NCBI GenBank assembly: GCA_964543445.1 | Contig: CAZIYK010000001.1 | Span: forward strand, 1 to 31,344 | Source of the DNA: an uncultured Flavobacteriales bacterium | GTDB taxonomy: Bacteria; Bacteroidota; Bacteroidia; Flavobacteriales; JADGDT01 | Reading direction: 5' to 3' | Length of the DNA stretch: 31,344 nt | In this document: positions 26,209 to 31,344 of the stretch, piece after piece | Position numbering within the stretch: the stretch's first letter is position 1 | How the letters are laid out: every line of letters starts with the position of its first letter | The notes under the pieces: generated by a model | Told to the model about the DNA's origin: nothing | What the model saw: only the letters and a program-made list of their open reading frames with translations | Databases searched by the model: none | Program-made: the position numbers and the translations under genes

Positions 26209-26329
26209 AACTTTTATCAAGTAATTGTAAATAAATGTTATAGACACCCTTAGGTAAGTCGGGGAACTATAACTTCTTTGATGTAAAACACAGTAAATTA
26301 ACTGTACTCACTTCAAAAATAGAGCGCTG

Positions 26330-26360
26330 CAAATGTAAAGTTTTATTTCAATGTTGCAAA
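26330..26360 (-). promoter_or_regulatory. rpmE2 distal promoter (P2)
   Basis: Minus strand TTTG (26360-26357), 19-nt spacer, then TACATTTG (26337-26330) and CA. Confidence 0.75.
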
Positions 26361-26465
26361 CTTTTATTTGTTCATTTAGCCTAAAATCATAGTCCATTGT
26401 CCTAATTAAATGACTGATAACAATAGAACATCACAACATTAAAACAATAACACATTAAAAAATCG

Positions 26466-26473
26466 TAAATTTG
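26466..26473 (+). promoter_or_regulatory. -7 promoter element for uvrA
   Basis: TAAATTTG-CA. The ORF-track TTG start at 26471 lies inside this element. Confidence 0.78.
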
Positions 26474-26494
26474 CAAACTTATTTTCTACAGGAT

Positions 26495-29320
26495 ATGGCA
26501 ATAGAGGACAATAATATAGAAGTTTACGGTGCAAGGGTACACAATTTAAAGAATATTGATGTAACTATTCCTCGCGAAAAGCTAGTTGTAATAACTGGTT
26601 TGAGTGGTAGTGGAAAATCATCATTAGCATTCGATACAATTTATGCTGAAGGTCAACGTAGATACATCGAAACTTTTTCGGCTTATGCACGTCAATTTCT
26701 TGGAGGACTAGAAAGACCAGATGTCGATAAAATTGAAGGTTTGAGTCCTGTTATTTCTATTGAACAGAAAACTGTAAATAAAAATCCTAGATCAACCGTT
26801 GGTACAATTACCGAAATTTACGATTTCCTAAGGTTACTCTATGCTAGGGCTGCCGATGCATATTCTTACAACACTGGCGAGAAGATGGTTCAGTATAACG
26901 ATGATCAAATTGCTGAATTAATAAAAAAAGATTTTGCTGGTGAAAAAATATTAATTCTTGCTCCTGTAATAAAATCAAGGAAAGGTCATTATCGCGAGCT
27001 TTTCGAAAATATATCGAAACAAGGTTTTGTAAGAGTTAGAGTTGATGGCGAAATCCGTGAGATAGTACATGGAATGCGTTTGGACCGATACAAAAATCAC
27101 GACATAGAAACTGTTATCGACAGAATGGTTGTTGATGAATATGTCGACAAGAGATTGGCCGATTCTATAGAAACAGCAATGTATCACGGTAATAACGTAA
27201 TGATGGTTGCTGATTTCGAAAATAAGAATGTCAGGTTTTTCTCTAGAAGTTTGATGTGTCCTACTTCGGGAATTGCTTATCCTAGTCCCGAACCTAACAC
27301 TTTTTCATTCAACTCACCTAAAGGAGCTTGTAAGCATTGCAACGGACTTGGAGTTGTGAAAGAAGTTGATGTAAAAAAAATTATTCCAGATAATAATCTA
27401 AGTATCAAAAATGGGGGTATAGCACCTATTGGAGAACAAAAAAAATCATGGATTTTTAGTCAGTTGCAGATAATTGGTGCTCGATATGGTTTCGATATGA
27501 ATACTCCAATCAAGGATATCCCTAAAGCTGCAATGGATGTAATACTGTATGGTGGGAATGAGAAATTTTCAGTAAAAAAAGAAAATATAGGTATTACTAG
27601 AGAGTACAAAATAGATTTTGAAGGAATAGTTCATTTTATAGAAGATCAATATAAAGAATCTAATTCTGCATCTATAAAACGATGGGCATCAGAATACATG
27701 AACGAGGAAGTTTGTGCAAAATGTAAAGGTCAGAGATTGCAGAAAGAATCATTGTTTTTCAAGATTGATGGCAAGAATATATCCGATTTAGCACAAATGG
27801 ATATTTCTGATTTATTGGATTTTGTAAACAAAATAGACTCAGTACTCAGCAAAAAACAACTGATAATAGCCTCTGAAATAATCAAGGAGATTAAGGATAG
27901 ATTATCTTTCTTGGTAGATGTGGGGTTAAGCTATTTAACAATAGATAGAAGTAGTAAAACACTTTCGGGAGGTGAGGCTCAGCGTATTAGGCTTGCTACC
28001 CAGATTGGATCGCAACTTGTGGGTGTTCTTTATATTTTAGACGAGCCGAGTATAGGTCTTCATCAAAGAGATAATGAAAGATTGATAAAATCTCTTCAAA
28101 AGCTTAGAGATGTTGGGAACTCAATTATTGTAGTTGAGCACGACAAGGATATGATTCTACAGTCTGATTATGTACTCGATATTGGTCCTGGAGCTGGTCG
28201 TCATGGTGGAGAAATTGTTAGTCAAGGTACACCTGACGAAATTTTACAAACTCACACTCATACATCAGATTATCTGAATGGAACAAAGTCTATTGAGATA
28301 CCTGCAAAACGAAGAGAAGGAAATGGGAAATTCCTTTCGCTAAAAGGGGCATCTGGAAATAATTTACAGAATGTTTCTGTTGATTTTCCATTAGGAAAAT
28401 TAATTGTTGTAACAGGAGTTTCGGGATCAGGGAAATCTACTTTGATTAATGAAACTCTATATCCTATACTGAATCATCATTTCTTTAGAGCCGTAAAAGT
28501 TCCTTTAAAATACAAGTCGATAGAAGGATTAGAACATATAGATAAAGTTATTGCAATAGATCAAAGTCCTATTGGTAGGACTCCGAGATCGAATCCTGCA
28601 ACATACACAGGTGTTTTGTCGGAAATTAGAAATTTATATGCCAAAACTCCCGAGGCTTTAATTAGGGGGTATAAACCAGGTCGTTTTTCTTTTAATGTAA
28701 AAGGCGGACGTTGCGAAACTTGCGAAGGTGCAGGAATTAGAACCATAGAAATGAATTTCTTGCCAGATGTTCATGTGCATTGCGAAAGTTGCCAAGGAAA
28801 GCGATTTAACAGAGAAACTTTAGAAATCCGTTACAAAGGAAAATCTATTTCTGATGTGTTGGATATGACAATGAACGAAGCTGTTAAATTCTTCGAACAT
28901 ATCCCTAAAATATATCGTAAACTTAAAACTTTACAAGATGTTGGTTTAGGATATATAACTCTAGGACAGCAATCAACAACATTATCTGGAGGAGAAGCAC
29001 AGCGTATAAAATTGGCTGCCGAGTTGAGTAAACGCGATACAGGAAATACTTTCTACATACTAGATGAACCTACTACAGGACTTCATTTCGAAGATATAAG
29101 AGTGTTGATGGACGTAATTAAAGTGTTGGTTGATAAAGGAAATACGGTGCTTATAATTGAGCACAATATGGATGTAATAAAACTTGCCGACCATATTATA
29201 GATATAGGTCCTGAAGGAGGAAAGGGCGGAGGTAAAATATTGTTGGAAGGAACTCCCGAAGAAATTATAGAAAAGAAAAAAGGATTTACCGTTGATTTTC
29301 TCAGAAAGGAGATGGAATAG
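26495..29320 (+). CDS. uvrA: Excinuclease ABC subunit A; start corrected to the ATG at 26495
   Basis: GARVHNLKN, two Walker A motifs ([16 protein letters not shown]), two LSGGEAQR signatures, LDEP motifs, and Zn modules CKHC/CAKC and CETC/CESC. Confidence 0.98.
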   Translation: MAIEDNNIEVYGARVHNLKNIDVTIPREKLVVITGLSGSGKSSLAFDTIYAEGQRRYIETFSAYARQFLGGLERPDVDKIEGLSPVISIEQKTVNKNPRSTVGTITEIYDFLRLLYARAADAYSYNTGEKMVQYNDDQIAELIKKDFAGEKILILAPVIKSRKGHYRELFENISKQGFVRVRVDGEIREIVHGMRLDRYKNHDIETVIDRMVVDEYVDKRLADSIETAMYHGNNVMMVADFENKNVRFFSRSLMCPTSGIAYPSPEPNTFSFNSPKGACKHCNGLGVVKEVDVKKIIPDNNLSIKNGGIAPIGEQKKSWIFSQLQIIGARYGFDMNTPIKDIPKAAMDVILYGGNEKFSVKKENIGITREYKIDFEGIVHFIEDQYKESNSASIKRWASEYMNEEVCAKCKGQRLQKESLFFKIDGKNISDLAQMDISDLLDFVNKIDSVLSKKQLIIASEIIKEIKDRLSFLVDVGLSYLTIDRSSKTLSGGEAQRIRLATQIGSQLVGVLYILDEPSIGLHQRDNERLIKSLQKLRDVGNSIIVVEHDKDMILQSDYVLDIGPGAGRHGGEIVSQGTPDEILQTHTHTSDYLNGTKSIEIPAKRREGNGKFLSLKGASGNNLQNVSVDFPLGKLIVVTGVSGSGKSTLINETLYPILNHHFFRAVKVPLKYKSIEGLEHIDKVIAIDQSPIGRTPRSNPATYTGVLSEIRNLYAKTPEALIRGYKPGRFSFNVKGGRCETCEGAGIRTIEMNFLPDVHVHCESCQGKRFNRETLEIRYKGKSISDVLDMTMNEAVKFFEHIPKIYRKLKTLQDVGLGYITLGQQSTTLSGGEAQRIKLAAELSKRDTGNTFYILDEPTTGLHFEDIRVLMDVIKVLVDKGNTVLIIEHNMDVIKLADHIIDIGPEGGKGGGKILLEGTPEEIIEKKKGFTVDFLRKEME

Positions 29321-29341
29321 TCTGATTTGGATAGGTTTTTA

Positions 29342-29376
29342 TTGAGATACTATCACATTCTATGATAGTATCTCAA
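29342..29376. terminator. Perfect 14-bp hairpin between convergent uvrA and the 29384 gene (probable 3'-end element)
   Basis: TTGAGATACTATCA-CATTCTA-TGATAGTATCTCAA. No downstream U-tract on either strand. Confidence 0.6.
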
Positions 29377-29383
29377 CGAAAAA

Positions 29384-29860
29384 TTACATTTCTCTACCAG
29401 TGAAAGCACCTTGAGAATCAGATATGATTTTTGTAGACTTAGCTAATTCAATCGCTTCTTGTTTGTCGTTTGGTTTGTTAGGATCGTACTCTGTTCTCAT
29501 ATAAATATAGATGAAATCGTCAGGTACTTCTATTTCGTATTCTCCTGGCTCGCTAAAAACAGCAAAAGTTTTTCCTTTGCTATCTATAACCTGAATTATT
29601 CTAACTCTATCAGTTTCTTCGCTTATTGAAAGAATTGCTCCTGCCGATACATCAACCAAAGCATGCGACTCTACCATATGTTTAGCAGGTTTTATCTTCG
29701 TTTGTTCTTTGAATTTTTTACCTACTTCTAAATCGTGTACAAACCCATTCATTGCACCGAGTTTTTCTACATGGTGAAAGAATTTGACCATATCTGCTTT
29801 AGAATTTTGTGCAAAAACATTTGCAGATACCATTAGAAATAAAAGAATTACCTTTTTCAT
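29384..29860 (-). CDS. Exported hypothetical protein resembling a divergent stand-alone DUF1254 domain; start corrected to the ATG at 29860
   Basis: MKKVILLFLMVSANVFA-Q signal. GAMNGFVH, SHALVDVSAGAILSI...DR...QVI, PGEY and YMRT..DP..P.D...A follow the DUF1254 pattern as I recall it. Confidence 0.6.
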   Translation of the reverse strand: MKKVILLFLMVSANVFAQNSKADMVKFFHHVEKLGAMNGFVHDLEVGKKFKEQTKIKPAKHMVESHALVDVSAGAILSISEETDRVRIIQVIDSKGKTFAVFSEPGEYEIEVPDDFIYIYMRTEYDPNKPNDKQEAIELAKSTKIISDSQGAFTGREM

Positions 29861-29889
29861 ATTCCGATTAATTAAAATTATATACAATA

Positions 29890-31116
29890 CTATCTTGCTC
29901 TATAAATAAGTGTAGTTAAACTAGATGGTTCAAAAATTTCTCTTGCTACTTCCTGAATCTCTTCTGCAGTAACTGCATTGATTTTTGAAATTACAGAGTC
30001 GTATGATTCTATTTTACCAAATGTAAGTAGAGCTTTTCCAAACGACAACATAGAATTAGAATTATTTTCTTGACTAATAGCCATTTGGCCGATTAGTTGT
30101 TTTTTTGCTTTACTAAGCTGAAGCACTCCAAGTGGTTTATCTCTTAGCATCCTCATCTCTCGCAAAACAAGTTTTAAAGTTTTTTCTACATAGTTGTTGT
30201 CTGTACCTAAATAAATGCCAAAAATACCTGTATCACTATAAGGAGTATAGAACGACTCTAAATTATAGGTGAAACCATACTTTTCTCTAATATTCAAATT
30301 AAGCCTAGTATTCATTCCTGTACCGCCTAAAAGATTGTTTAGCAAGACTAAAGCAGTAACTTTTTCATGATTTGCATCGTAAGCTCTATTTGCAATTACA
30401 GCATGAGTCTGATAGTTGTTCATCTGTTTTTCTACAAAAGTAGCTTTGTATTCTCCAACAGGTGTCCTTTTTCTTTTTCTGTGTTTTGCAGGAATATGAC
30501 TAGCATATTTTTCAATAATTCCTTTCAGCTTTTTTTCTGATATTTTACCTATAGATGTAAAAACCATCTCGTAAGTAGAAAATGTTTCGTCCAGAAAATG
30601 AAGGACTTTTGTCTTATCGAAAGTTTTAACTATTTCAGGAGTACCAAGAATGTTTTTTCCTAGAGGATGGTCTTTAAATACTAATTCTTCTATTTCGTCA
30701 AATATAGATTCTGAAGGACTGTCCTTATAAGAGTTAATCTCGTCTATTACCACATCTTTTTCTTTTTCTAACTCTTTTTCGGGAAAAGTAGAGGAAAAAA
30801 CAATGTCAAAAAGTAGTTCGATTGCTCTATCGTAATATTCGTTCAAAAAAGAAGCATACACACTAATATCTTCGCGAGTAGTAAACGCATTAATTTCGCC
30901 ACCAACATCATCTAATCTAGACAAAATATGGTAAGCTCTACGTTTTGCCGTTCCTTTAAATATTGTGTGCTCAATAAAATGAGCAATTCCTTGCTCATCT
31001 TTATTTTCATCTCTAGTACCTATATTCAACACAAAACCACAATGAGCAATAGGACTTTCCACATTCTTATGGACTATCCTTAAGCCATTTGGCAGTTGAA
31101 ATTCAAAAAATTCCAT
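29890..31116 (-). CDS. M16 family (pitrilysin/insulinase-like) zinc peptidase
   Basis: LPNGLRIV, intact HxxEH (HFIEH), GGEINAFTTRE, EKEKDVVIDEI, LGG..N.RL..NIREKYGFTY and INAVTAEEIQEVA. Confidence 0.95.
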   Translation of the reverse strand: MEFFEFQLPNGLRIVHKNVESPIAHCGFVLNIGTRDENKDEQGIAHFIEHTIFKGTAKRRAYHILSRLDDVGGEINAFTTREDISVYASFLNEYYDRAIELLFDIVFSSTFPEKELEKEKDVVIDEINSYKDSPSESIFDEIEELVFKDHPLGKNILGTPEIVKTFDKTKVLHFLDETFSTYEMVFTSIGKISEKKLKGIIEKYASHIPAKHRKRKRTPVGEYKATFVEKQMNNYQTHAVIANRAYDANHEKVTALVLLNNLLGGTGMNTRLNLNIREKYGFTYNLESFYTPYSDTGIFGIYLGTDNNYVEKTLKLVLREMRMLRDKPLGVLQLSKAKKQLIGQMAISQENNSNSMLSFGKALLTFGKIESYDSVISKINAVTAEEIQEVAREIFEPSSLTTLIYRAR

Positions 31117-31120
31117 ATGG

Positions 31121-31128
31121 CAAATTTA
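31121..31128 (-). promoter_or_regulatory. -7 promoter element for the M16 peptidase
   Basis: The minus strand reads TAAATTTG-CCAT-ATG. Confidence 0.78.
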
Positions 31129-31189
31129 CATTGTTTTTATGATTGCCCTTGTACTTTTTATGATGTATTGTCGATAATATTTGTCAAAC

Positions 31190-31219
31190 TTTGTTATTTG
31201 ACAAAATTTTATATATTTG
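31190..31219 (+). promoter_or_regulatory. Promoter for a gene leaving the right edge of the window
   Basis: TTTG (31190-31193), 18-nt spacer, TATATTTG (31212-31219), then C. Confidence 0.72.
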
Positions 31220-31223
31220 CTCC

Positions 31224-31309
31224 GCTTTGATGCTGAAAGTGTAATAAACATTACATAAAATAAATGCGTTTCTGATGTTAAAAAAAGAGGAAATGCATAC
31301 AGCAAAAGC
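31224..31309 (+). ncRNA. Candidate structured 5' leader (three-way junction), family unrecognised
   Basis: Manual pairing gives a closing helix and two internal hairpins (see findings). The 5' end coincides with the predicted TSS. Confidence 0.45.
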
Positions 31310-31336
31310 AAAGTTACTAATACACAAATTAAATAC

Positions 31337-31344
31337 ATGAATTA
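31337..31344 (+). CDS. Probable start of the next gene (3'-truncated, M-N-...)
   Basis: ATG after an A-rich run, downstream of a promoter and leader. Only 8 nt are visible and the third codon (TA?) could be a stop. Confidence 0.4.

Noticed and set aside
26128-26247. 40-codon N-terminal extension of L31 in the ORF track
   Set aside because: It spans the P1 promoter, and L31 homology begins at MRKGIHP. Similar over-long starts were rejected for rbfA, uvrA, the GlmU-like gene and the 29384 gene.
26233-26255. AAATGTTATAG as a Zur box for type-B L31
   Set aside because: Only one half-site resembles the proteobacterial consensus and the second half does not. The bases are part of the leader hairpin.
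26290-26305. ACAG-N8-CTGT near uvrA as an SOS box
   Set aside because: The half-sites are in the reverse order of the gammaproteobacterial CTGT-N8-ACAG box and lie ~160 nt from the uvrA promoter. It is better explained as a hairpin in the rpmE2 leader.
26495-27330. Loss of UvrA zinc module 1 (YSYNTG and CPTSG in place of the Cys/His pairs)
   Set aside because: Visible in the sequence, but as far as I recall this is the normal state in Flavobacteria, so it is not a novelty.
2316-28746. The many 60-142 aa ORFs antisense to or overlapping real genes (e.g. 2316-2504, 3318-3575, 4356-4670, 7516-7815, 20108-20353, 21655-22083, 24389-24646, 28561-28746)
   Set aside because: They are shadow frames of well-supported genes, with no motifs or promoters and the Ser/Phe/Leu/Ile bias expected from AT-rich antisense.
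31126-31338. 70-aa minus-strand ORF at the right edge
   Set aside because: It runs across two promoters and the operator-like repeat, has no family motifs, and is antisense to the structured leader.
1-31344. tRNA, rRNA, SRP/tmRNA/RNase P, CRISPR arrays, IS ends, integrases
   Set aside because: I inspected all intergenic gaps by eye and found no cloverleaf or T-loop motif, SRP core, regularly spaced repeats or transposase/integrase ORFs. A tRNAscan/Infernal run would confirm this.

Overview
An AT-rich, densely coding core-genome window from a Bacteroidota member, most likely Flavobacteriales. The assignment rests on TAnnTTTG -7 promoters, A-rich start contexts without Shine-Dalgarno, porZ-recO, ftsX-DUF3098-uppP-truB, queD-lpxH, rbfA-lolC/E, type-B L31 next to the alternative GlmU, and a Flavobacteria-like UvrA. 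I count 28 intact CDS plus partial CDS at both ends, mostly envelope, translation and repair housekeeping genes. I see no rRNA, tRNA, CRISPR, IS/transposase, prophage, defence island or convincing pseudogene. Several ORF-track starts are too long and were corrected (rbfA, alt-glmU, rpmE2, uvrA, 29384-29860). I cannot support a clear-cut new multi-gene system. The best leads are regulatory or single-gene: (1) a three-way-junction RNA that starts exactly at a predicted TSS at the right edge (31224-31309); (2) a second promoter giving rpmE2 a ~200-nt structured leader with a 14-codon uORF; (3) apparently leaderless rbfA and M16-peptidase mRNAs; (4) a polytopic membrane patatin coupled to a crotonase; (5) a small barrel-like protein with a Gly/Tyr/Met low-complexity tail. 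All family calls are from motif recognition by eye, and no database searches or folding programs were run.
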